64,000 nt of DNA from Klebsormidium nitens (lineage: Eukaryota > Plantae > Klebsormidiophyceae), in NCBI GenBank assembly GCA_000708835.1, contig DF237455.1, forward strand, positions 1-64,000, in the 5' to 3' direction. The notes beneath the pieces were generated by a model. The model did not search any database and had not been told where the DNA came from. It worked only from the letters and a program-made list of their open reading frames with translations. Numbering within the stretch: position 1 is the first letter of the stretch; the number at the start of each line of letters is the position of its first letter. Made by a program: the position numbers and the translations under genes. Positions 1 to 11,000 of this stretch are shown one piece after another.

Positions 1-960
1 GGGGAACGGGCTTGGGCTTGGCGAACTGGGCGGGGGAAAGAGGGCAATGGGCGGGGGGAACGCGTCAAAAAGGAGGCGGAAACGCGTCGGAGGGGGGAGG
101 GCAAGGGTCGGGGGGCGGAAAGAGGGGAGACGAGTCGGGTGGCGGGAAGGCGTCGAGAGGCGGCGGGTTGGCGTCCGGTGGTGGGAATGCGTCCGGTGGG
201 GGCGAAGCAGTGTCCGGTGGGGGCGAAGCAGTGTCCGGTGGGGGGTAAGAATCCGGAGGAGGGGATGCAACGTCCGGGGGGGGGTGAGAGTCCAAAGGGG
301 GCGAAGCAGCGTCGGGGGGAGGGTAAGAATCTGAAGGAGGCGGAGAATTGTCTGGGGGGGGGTACGAGTCTGGAGGAGGCGGAGAAGTGTCTGGTGGGGG
401 TAAAGAGTCTGGAGGAGGCGAAGCAGCGTCGGGGGGGATAAAAGAATCAGGAGGAGGCGGAGAAGTGTCTGGTGGGGGGTAAGGGTCTGGAGGGGGCGAT
501 GACGGGTCGGGTGGGGGATAAGCTTGTGGAGGGGGCAGCGCAGTATCTGGTGGGGTAACGATTTCGACGGAGGGGGGGAGGCTGCATTCGGTGGCGGTTG
601 AGTTTTAGGAAGAGGTGGAGCGGAGAGAGGTGGGGGATACGCTAGTGGCGGGGGAGGTATAGCATATGGCGGGGGATTGCTATCAGGTGGTGGTAACGAA
701 TTGGGTGGCGGGTTAGCATCAGGCGGCGGAGGGGCTGTGTCCGGAGGCGGGCGGGCGGTGTTGGGGGGGGGGAAAGCGTCGGGCGGAGGATTCGCAACTG
801 GAGGAGGCAAAGCATCTGGCGGAGGGTTGGCTTGTGGAGGAGGCGGGAAGGTTCTTGGCGGTGGAGGGGAATTTGCTGGGGGTGGGGGTTTGAGATCCGG
901 CGGAGGCGGCTTCGCGGGCGGCGGGTTGGGCGCGGGGGGCGGGTTGGGGTTTACCCACTC
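1..960 (-). repeat. Coding Pro-rich tandem repeat (about 13-aa/39-nt unit DxSPPPP-DSYPPP)
   Basis: G-rich + strand periodicity. The minus strand translates to DTSPPPP DSYPPP DNSPPPS DSYPPP DAASPPL DSHPPP DVASPPP DSYPPP... Confidence 0.9.
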
Positions 961-3900
961 GCAAGTGGGGTAAGCGGGGGTGCTGGCTGTGCTGTTCGCC
1001 TGAGTAGCCCCAATGCACGAAGACAGCTGTACGGGCTGGTAGTACGAGAGCGGGTAGGGCGTGTTGGGCACCCGGCAGGAGCAGTAGCCCAGGGAAATGC
1101 TCGCGCAGGGGGTGGAGCCGTTCCAGCAGGAGTAGCGCTTGAAGGCGACCAGATCGACCCCCCCGGGGTTGGCGAAACTGGAGTGCCACGCGATGCCGAT
1201 GTCGGTGGTGTTGCTGAGCCAGATGGGGCCCAGCAGCTGCCCGTAGTTGCCGTTGATGAGCTGCCGCCTGAACGGTCCGTACTTGCCGGGTTTGATACCA
1301 AGTCGGGCCTGAGGGGACCTGCAAAAGAATGCACGGAAAGGCGCTTCAGTCACTGTCTTGCAAAGCGTCCAAAACCTGGTGTTCAAGTTGCATTGATCTT
1401 GGCATCTGACATGGCAGGCTCTTCTTACGGATTCAGGCTGCTGATATAATATCTAGAAGGGCGTTATCAAGCTGCAGCCCGCGTATAATTTGCCATGCAG
1501 CATAGACAGATGGACTTTGGTTTTCAAACAGACTGGGCCCTCTCAGGGGGCCGCCGGTCAAATGTTCGAGTATTGGTTTCTCAGCGACGCCAGAGATCAA
1601 ACACAACACACGATAAAGGCCCTAAAGAACTCCCGACACAGCAAATCGAGCTTATGAACAACCTCTCCCGACCATCAGCCACTGTAAATCAAACTCGATT
1701 TAGAGCGGTCTTAATGACATTTGAGGACAAATCCTAAGTTGAAAAGTCCGGTTTATTAGATTAGAACGCTCTTGATAATGCCCTCAGATCTGAGAGCAAA
1801 GCTTACTGGAACTTGTGTCCCGCTTTTAAGATCAACGCGTACCTGAATACACTTCGGCGCTCTTAAAAGCGCTTTCAAAACGGGTTACCGATTTATAGTG
1901 AGCGCTTTCCTACTTAGCTTCACAGGGCAGCTGTCAAAGGCCCACACCAACATGAGCTGCAAAGGGGAGCTTACGTAGGGCACCAAGTAAGACGTGTTTA
2001 GCTGCTGCGACGTTGCCATGTACAACTGGCGGGTGAAGAGATCGACTCCAATGCCGTTGACCATATCCGTCACACCACTCAGCGGGTAGGTAATCATCGC
2101 ACCTGAGTAGTCGCGCCTGCAAAGAGCCGACAGCCGTCAACTGAGCAGCACGCACAGGTTGAGGGCTCGCTGCGTTTCGATCTCGGGGTCCTTCCACCTA
2201 GTACACAATTCTTCCTGCTAATCTCGAACCCCTGACTCTTGGCAACACCCTACTTAGCTCAGCAAGCCTATGCTGTGCGGAGCTTTGCTTTGAAAGACAA
2301 CTCTCAGCGCACTCAATGCGTGCATCAAAGGGTTGAGTGCAACCTGCGAGCGGCCCATGTCCGACTTCAAAAGTACCTGCCCTGATAGATTGGTGCCTGT
2401 ATGGTACCGCTCATGCTCGTGTGGGGGTGTTGTAGTGTTCTACGCCGCAAAGCAATTATCATATCTAACATGACAACAGGTTGCCCTTAAAGCAAGGTAG
2501 TCGACTAAAAGGCACGTGTCGTTTGGGCGTCACGTTTTTCTACGAAGGCATCTCTAGAGCCTCAGAGGCGTCAACCGCGTGTGGCGTTGACGCCTATCTG
2601 GTGCGAAACATTGTGGCGCCTTTCAGGCACCAACCTGTCGGCCGGGGGGCCAGATGTGTACTGACGTTGCTTTCCGCGCACGGCCATTGCCAAAGCATTC
2701 TGATGGATTAATCAGACCTTGTGAAACCTACTTCGCGACGAAGCCGGGCGACTTTTGGTTGGAGGTGAGGGTGAGGTTGATGGTCATGTCCGTGTGACGT
2801 CTCGCCGCGTAGATATGGGATTTGGGAATGACGGCGACTTGTATGCGGTTGTACAAAACTCTGTCTATACTGCTATAATACGAGTAGGCGGGCCAAGTAC
2901 TGGTCAGGTGGATGTTGTCCAGGCTGACATTCGTCGCAAACTGCACAGGAAGCGGGGTTGGATCAGCGGGTTGCCTGATAACCATAAACGTTAGAAGTAA
3001 GAAGGATCTAATAGCAATAACGAAGAGGAATCTTCTGGTTAACCAACACCAAAACCCTAAGCACTAAATGACTCGATCGCTCCGCACCCGAACCCACCCT
3101 ACCACCAGACTAACCCCACCCGTCCTCGTCGGTTTCTCATTACTATTAGACCTTGTTACCATTGAAATTTAATTCTATGTTGCCTGCACGTGTAGGCTGT
3201 GGAGTTATGGTTTGTAGTGGGGTAACGCGAAAGCAAACCCGTTGCCATACCATTGCGACGACCCGCAAAAGTATGCAATCAGAAGTCGAGTGTTAAGGTA
3301 CCTTGAGCTAGTCAACGCCGTCACTTTCGTGACCGAATATGAACCAGATACAGCACTCGTTTGAGAATCCAAAGATGCTCCAAGTTTGCAACTTGGTTCG
3401 AAATTACCTTGCAGGTCTTCTCGCATTAATCACAAAAAAAGTTGCTTTGTTGAAGATCGGTTCAGGGCGACTTTACGGTTAAGTCGTCCATCTCGTAAGG
3501 TCAAAACGGCCTTGCAGAAAATTTGAGGTCAAATCAGCCTGATAAGCTGAGCTAGTGAAGATCGAAACAGCCTCAGCAAAGATCTAAAAGCGGGAAGAAA
3601 TCCGGAATGTAGTAAACATACACTGAAAACGCAGCCGTAGCTGCTCATGGAGTGAGCGCAGTCACAAATGAAGTTCGCAGTCAAGACGACGAGCAAACCG
3701 TGCGTCAAGCTGATTAGAATCTACCAAGGGCGTTGACCATCGGAGTGTCCTTACCCCGAACCTCCAGAATTTGGACGACGTATACTGCTGCCCGACAAAG
3801 TTCGCTGCCCGGTTGGCCAAGTCCAGCGCAGCGCCAGTGAAGTCACACCCCTGCGTTGTGCTCGTACCGATCGCCAGGCCCACTATGGTTGTGCCCGGGG

Positions 3901-5297
3901 TCGCGCTGAGTGACGTCACGTCCAGCAGAATGACGGGGGCGCCCTGGACCGCGGTGATGAGCCGCTTCTTCACCGGGTCGTAGTCGAGCGTGCGCGGGCC
4001 GCCCTTGCCGCTCCCCGTGAAGGTTGTTGACGTGTGCGTCATCGTCGTCGTGCGGACGGGGCTCATTGCATCAAGGGAGAATGCGCGAGTGAGAAGCCGC
4101 GCCGCCTCCAACATTCTGGCATTCCTGCATTCCTGAGACGGAGTCCAATGCAATGTTTCAAGTCAATTGGCTTCGAGATGCGGGGGGTGAGTTTGGAAAC
4201 GAGGTTTCAACCTTAACTGCAGACAAGCTCTACATGCTGATGACATTCTCAAAGTCAACTCCAAAGGATCTATATAAGCATGTCAAAAGCCGATAGTACT
4301 GTACGCGATTCGCTCTTCTTCTAGAAAGCTGCTGCTCTATGGGAGCCGCTGTTTCACTTAATCTGGCGAACGATAGGAAAAGGATGAAAGGCAAGACAAT
4401 GGACTTCTCGACGTCAAGGGCTCTTTTGGATCACTTTGCGAACACTAGCTGATGATTGTCCGAACCACCACATTCTGTTCAACAGCCCACTAACAAATTT
4501 CTTTGGAAAGTAAGATTGCACTCTCTCTCTGCTCACCTGTGTACTCTATGGCATACCAAATGGGCTTGGTTGTTGCGCCGCCTGTTTCGCTTGGTGCGAA
4601 GAGGATGCCCCGAGCTGTGTCCAGCGCCAAGGGGATCGAAAAATTGCTGGCGTTGGGGTAATTCAGGGTCATTAACTTCGCCTGTGGGCACAGGAACGTG
4701 GGCAAGTAGCTCCCGTCCAGCGACAGCGGGAACTTATACACCTGTGCCATGCAGAGCAGAGTTACTATCGCGACAGCTGTCATAGGCTTCGAGACAGGTG
4801 TCAACCACTCTCAGAAGCTTGCTGCTTGCGTCTCTTGTTGTACAGCGCTCCTTGCATCTTTCTAAAGCTCGGCGTGCATTTGTTTAGGACCGGATTCAAC
4901 GCAGCGGCATTGCTTCTTGAAGTGTTAGCAAGCAAATTACTCCTGATTGGAACACTTGCATGATAATTTTAACCTAGGCAACTATCCATCACAGTATATT
5001 TTGCAGGGCAATAGAGGCGACACGTGTCCTCACCCCGTTGTTCCACGTGGTGAACATGAGGCTCCTTCCCTCGTCCACGTAAAACTCCCCCAGAGAGTGA
5101 CCCGGGGAGAAGGGCGTCGTCATGGTGGACGTCATGAAAGTACTCCCCACACTTGCCTGGCTATTGCACATGGGCTGCCCAGAAACGCCCCCCTCTGCTG
5201 GCCTCACAAAACAGACTAGGCGGACAAGGCCAATCGCTGCAAGGAGGGTGTGCCACGTGGCACTTGGCCCGACGGGCCCCAGCTTCCGATGCTTCAT
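1..5297 (-). CDS. Secreted chimeric hydroxyproline-rich glycoprotein-like protein (signal peptide + globular, possibly beta-propeller-like, region + Cys-rich segment + Pro-rich tail); multi-exon, 3' end outside window
   Basis: Exon 1 at 5297-5034 (MKHRK...LLAAIGLVRLVCFVRPAEG signal-like; donor GTGAGG). Exon 2 at 4741-4537 (VYKFPLSLDG...WYAIEYT, 205 nt, CAG/GTGAGC). Further coding blocks near 4070-3790, 3410-3250, 2960-2760 and 2100-1920. Final block from about 1320 reads GIKPGKYGPFRRQLINGNYG...CSCRVPNTPYPLSYYQ...CEWVNPNPPPAP then Pro repeats to base 1. Exons 1 and 2 are conserved with a paralog at 62803+. Internal exon edges are approximate. Confidence 0.8.
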
Positions 5298-6243
5298 TCT
5301 TCACTACTCCTGCAAAGCACCGGGGATGCAATAGAATCAAGAATGAGCAGGAAGATGCACACCCTCTGAGTAGAGTCCGAATGTGACGGTACCAAGAGGA
5401 TGCCAAAGTGCGCCTCGGGTTACGAATCGACTGTGACCTTTGCGACTGTTGCAAGGGCCAGATCGTTTGATTGAGCCTGCAGTCATATCAGGCTGTAAAC
5501 CACCCGACTGAAGAAGGCTGCAGCATATGTTTCCTGGCTCTGGACTCTAGTGGACAAGGGCGCTGCCTCGATGCATGGCACACACACGGATCGTCGTTAC
5601 TCCGATGCATACTCGCTGTAGAAGATCCGATTACAAAGAATAAGTTCTTCAGTGTTGTAGGATGGACAAGGAGGCAGGAAGACTTACCCTGATCAGTGCA
5701 GGTGTAGAAGTCTGAGCAAAACTAGCATCACTCCTGAGAGCTGAGGACCTCTTCCACTCATCTTCCAAAGGCGGCCCAGTGCTTAACTCCAATGCCCCAG
5801 CAACAGTATCTTTGCTTCCGACGCTCTTCTCTTCGCAAAGATGCGGCCAGAGTATGACCCTGAGATTTGGTGTTTACTTCCGCTTGCATGCCCTGCTTCG
5901 GATGCCAGCACAAGGATCTCCTAACAAGAAACACCTATCGTTTGGTTTGATTACTCTCCGGTTGCCAGCTTGTGCGGCAGCGTTCTTCATCAATGCTGAG
6001 AAAGCAAGGCTACTTCAGCCGCCACCCAGGCGCTACCATTGAAGGCTCAGCTGTGTGACGCAATGACGCGTGATCATGAAGGCTGACCCCGCTTTGCAAA
6101 TTCCCTCAACTTGCAGCCCATGCCATGCCAGTACTCGACCACGTGACCGGTTGTCAAACTGCACTGTGTCGACATTCTCATATTTACCTAATAAAGTCAA
6201 TAATTGGACAGGGCTTTCAATATTGTCAAACACTTATTCGAAT

Positions 6244-6275
6244 CCACCTGCGCCCACCTGCGCCCACCTGCGCCC
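6244..6275. repeat. Tandem 10-mer CCACCTGCGC x3 (each contains E-box CACCTG)
   Basis: Direct reading: ccacctgcgc ccacctgcgc ccacctgcgc cc. Confidence 0.9.
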
Positions 6276-7340
6276 AATGTCTCGACCATGTTCTACAAAT
6301 AAAATTGCAGTACTTAAGCTGTCCAGCAGCTATCCACCTGAGTCAGTGACTCAGTCTGCGCAGTAGTAAGTATCTGACAAAAGCGAGCTAGCTGCGACGG
6401 TGCATTGACCCACTAGATCTGATCCCATATCTTCTCGTACAATATGCACATGTACATGACAACCTAACTTATACTACTGTAGTACCAGTCACGGTGACGG
6501 GTTGGGGCCAGATATCCAATTATGTGTCTCTCTGCGAGCAGCTTTTAATGCAAGCACTATATTTTTCTGCAAGTATGCATGCCGAAATTACTAGCTCATC
6601 GAGCTGCAGGCTGAGCCGGCCGGCCTAGGTCCACTGACTGAACTGTGACATCCAATTCATGGCGACGCGCGCGCAAGTATCATCCTTGATTCTCGATCGT
6701 TGGATGAAATACCAGTCCTCGATCGACGGCTAGATCTCTTCCTGATTTCGAGCAACCTGTCACTGAGTCAAATTCTTCGGGCCACGTGTTTATCTAATAC
6801 TTTATTACTATCCAGCAGGTACCTAATTCCAAAGTACCGGTACTAGAGAAAGTGCATGTTGCGGGGCATGTTGCGATTGCAGTTGACGTCATTACACCGT
6901 CACCATACCTCAGATGAGAGTATGGTAGTTTATAGTCTAGACTAGCAGTGAGCTCCAATCCGGGGTCACCCTCTCATCAAAGTGAGTTGTAGAAGAAAGC
7001 ATTTACGTCGTCTTCCGACTGGAGGCTGCCCTGGCCCGACAATTTCATTGGAAGATTTCAAACTTCAATGTAGATTTCAGTGCCCGTTGAACGACATTGT
7101 TTCGTACTCCCCTTGCGTATGGAGTTCCTTTCTCTTCCTTCACTGCCGCGTCATACAATCATAAACCGGAATGAAACTTATAGATATATAGAACTGGTAT
7201 GAATCATATTCTTCGTAAAGAGCACTGGTAACGGAGAACTGTGACTTCGTCTTTACGTCTTTTTTGGCTTTGCTTGTATACATAGTCTATTTTCGGTCAA
7301 CGTTGATCAATCAAGCTGGCCGTTGCCCGGGCAAAAAACT

Positions 7341-7580
7341 TCTGAAGATTGGCCGGACTCCGTACTGCATCTCGAATCCGTCAAATTCCTAATCATCTTT
7401 TTTGACATGCGATTAATCTGACCTGCTCACAAATATCACTGCCACTTCGAGGACAAGTTTTTCAAGGACAAGCAAGCGCGCGCGTACGTTTGAGCCTCGA
7501 CCAATCAATATTCGACCTCTTAATAGAGCTGGCCGCGAACAATTTTGCCATCGAGCACGCCCGCTACCTCAAGTTCTCAG
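7341..7580 (+). pseudogene. Decayed coding fragment of unknown family
   Basis: Reads SEDWPDSVLHLESVKFLIIFFDMRLI*PAHKYHCHFEDKFFKDKQARAYV, then after a 1-nt shift LSLDQSIFDLLIELAANNFAIEHARYLKFS, ending at a GT. Strong C/G third-position bias like the true exons in this window. Confidence 0.4.
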
Positions 7581-8061
7581 GTTTGGTCCTTTGCGGCGTT
7601 CGTAGTTTTGAGTGCCTTGATGTCTAACGGTGATCTCGTACGTCGAAAAGAATGCGCATAAGCAAAGAAATGATAGAGCTGCAAAGCAGGACTCGCAACA
7701 TCGCATTTCCAGGCGGCCTTCATTCTCACATTTTGCAGATTACAGTAGCCCGGCAGACAATCAAATGCAGCCAGGCAGAGATCGAACTCTGGATGCTTGC
7801 AAGTGTACGAATACCTGCATCATGCTCAACAGAAGTAATAATGTTTTCGTGACTTATTGTACAGCTGTTAAGTACCAGCTGTTTGAACACACAAATCGAC
7901 TAGAGTCCTCATAGTCAGCTATCTTCAGAACAATAATGATTGTTTTACTGGCTGCTTTTAACTAGGGCAGCTTCCACTAGCATATAATTACTCGATACTT
8001 CCTTCTACTTACAGAAACACGAAGTGCCCACAACATCTCGCCACGTGGGCAATCATCCACT

Positions 8062-11000
8062 CTACTGGCCCCCACTCAGTCTCCGCTTCCGATTTGTCGT
8101 CCCCTGCGCCCCGACCCGCCTCTGCGTCTTTGGCGGCAGCTGCAATGAATGCCGAAATAAGTTTGGACGTAAACATCAAGCCCAGTGAAAGCAAACACTA
8201 TGCGTGGGTTCTCCAAAGGGTTAGGGTGGGTACGGATGCGGAGCGCTTAAGGCACGTCAGGAGGTTTTGGCCCCTACCCATGGATGGTCATGGGCTGGTT
8301 ATGGGCTGGTTAAAAGTGGTTAGATGTCCATTGACCAGACTTGGGCGGTAACGAGCCCTGACCGAGGTTAAAGCCCGATTTATCTGTTCAATACGCTGAG
8401 ACTTAGGTCTCCTTATCAGCCTGGTTAGTAACCAAAACTTCCTGCAAATTTCAGGAATTTCCTGTTGATTGAACCCAAAGAGCTTCTATCGATTGTGCTG
8501 CAGTCGAGAACTTACATGCAGTTGCACCGGGGGCTCGTGAGGAAGAACCAGGGCCTCTTTCTTGGGGAGCCCTAGCTGGGCGGTCAGTCGGGGGGGGCTG
8601 CTCACCGCCTGGTGCCGGCCCGGGAACACAGCGGCCTGCCGATTGGGACGAGAAGAATAATCGTGAGAAGGGGGAATGCGCTGATGACACCTGGCAAGTC
8701 TATCTGGAAATAGCATCCGTATCACAGGACGCTTTGCTCTTAACGACGATTGGGTTGAAGGCGTTGAACCAGTGTTCCTCGGTAGACGGGCGCTGAACCG
8801 GCCCTGAACTAAGCTTGGTTAATCCTGATATTGTCCGGTGATAGCTGACCGGCTCATTGCGAACTGCCATAAAAAGCCGTCAATTACGACCTGTGCACTG
8901 AACGGACCGAGGTAAGGCGAGGCTGAGATAGAGATTTCTACTTCAGTGGCACTTCTAGTGTTCCCAAGTGGCCCAACTGCAGTTAGCTAGCCTCTGTTCA
9001 AAATCTGAAGAAAGAGCGACGACACAAGTGGGCTTTTACAACACTACTTCAAGGGCAGGCTACAGAAGCGCACCTCGAGTTTGGCCTTGATGACCTCCTT
9101 GCTGACGTTTCTGATGGGGACGTAGAACACGTGCAACACGCGGCCGCGGCAGGACGATAGCTCGCCGTCCGTCACCTGGACAGAGAAACAAACGGAACCT
9201 CATCTGCTCTTCCGCAGAAAAGATTCGCACACCTTCAACGGCGTAAATCACTCCCATCTACCATGGCAGAGATCAGCCATTGCTCCTCAGATCCGAATAG
9301 TTTGTGGAACGTCAATTTTACCGAAGAGTTGAATGTTCGATGTTCCAAATTTTCGGACTCTGCCAAATCGGACTCTGCCGGATCCGTTGTGAAACAGATC
9401 CCCCCAATTGAACGCAAAATACAAGGTAATCCGAGTCCTCTATGGACTCGCTCCTGATCAAAGCTGATCAATTTGGCGGTCTTCAGCCCGCAAAATTTAG
9501 GTTGTCTAACCTCAAGGCCGAGCTGCTTGAGCGTGGCGATGACGTCAAACAGCAGCCCGCCGCGTGTCGGGCACGTGATCCGGACGACGTATGACTGATC
9601 GCGGACGTCCACAGCAATCTGGGCAGATAGAAAGCGCGCGCGTTAGGAAGGAATGATGCGCGGGCGAATCGGAGAAAGTTCTCTTGGGTGTCTTTGACTG
9701 AGCATTGAAGTCAATGCAACTGAACGCCTCAAACTATTGCAGACCACATACGAAGTCGCTCGCGGATTCTTCAAGTCGCATATCGAGAAACCTTGTCACA
9801 CAGGAAAGAAAAGGATCGTTCTCCTCTGGACGCACGTCGGATGCAAAGACTGAAACCCCTGTTGGAAGCCGTCAAATGAGCCGGCAAAGTCTAGCTTGGA
9901 CAATTCACGAGTAGAGACTGAAGAGCTTACATGTGACTGGGAGAGACTGAGCGTTGGTAAAGACACGGAGGAAAGCATACCTTATCCTGAAGAGAGGTCG
10001 CTTCCTCTTCTTCAGACAACCAGCCCGGGCTGCGGGCAGACACGGTCGGGGTGTAGACTTCCGACATGGCAGCCTGCTGCTGCTGCAGGGGAAAAGAACC
10101 GGGGGATGAGCCCGACTGGAATGTGCAATGACCGGAAGCTTATATCCTTACTCCACACTTGGTCAAAGTGCATCGAAGCAAACGTGAACCACGTTCTTTT
10201 GGTAGAAGGGCACTTAACCAACCAAGCTTGGCTAGTGCTGATCTCTTTATGTGAGAATTCACCGAAGACATCAATTTGCTGGAGTGGAGATGTGAGCCGT
10301 TGCAATCAAAGCAAAAAAATCACAGCAGAGGAGGAGTCGCACCGCTTGAACACTGCGGGAAATCAGCCGATTCCGTCAAAGGCGTGTGAGCAAACGTCAA
10401 GGTGCACACCTCGATTCTCCGGGGAGAGCCAACTGATAGTCTCCAGATCTGAGGGGGCCGATGGCGAATCGCTAACTTGCGTCACCCGATTTCTATAGTG
10501 TCCGCTTCCCAAGCCACCCAATCGACAATCGGACTTTTCTGAAGACGCCGGCATCGTGCCTTTCTGCGTATATTATAACCGTAACGGCAAGCTTCATCAG
10601 AGGGGTAGCGTTACGCACCGGGTGGCTGGCGGTCTGCTCGTCGGTAGCCTCCTTCTGCAGCAGATTGTCCGCCCCGGCCGCTTGGAGGCGACTCACGTAG
10701 TCTATCACCGCCTTGAGCACGGTCGCCTTGTCGGCCTGTCGGGAAGAGCGGATGTGAGCTCAGGCGAAGAGCGGCGAAACCGGTGCTTTTCTGGTTTTTG
10801 TTGCACACAGAGTCAGAAGGTGAAAAAGTACTAGGGCACAGACGGAAGGGGTGGGGTGGCGATGTGACGCGTGCAGTTCGTTAATGAGACTTCCCCCTGT
10901 TCTTTAAGACACCGAGGCACCTGATAGCCTGGGCAATAAGATGCTACTGTACCAAGCTCAAAGACGGGGTTGATTACCCGTTACCTTTCCTTCTTTGCAA

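Noticed and set aside
12-1449. Gly-rich + strand ORFs (12-248, 47-334, 139-441, 677-973, 832-1449)
   Set aside because: Antisense shadows of the Pro-rich minus-strand coding region.
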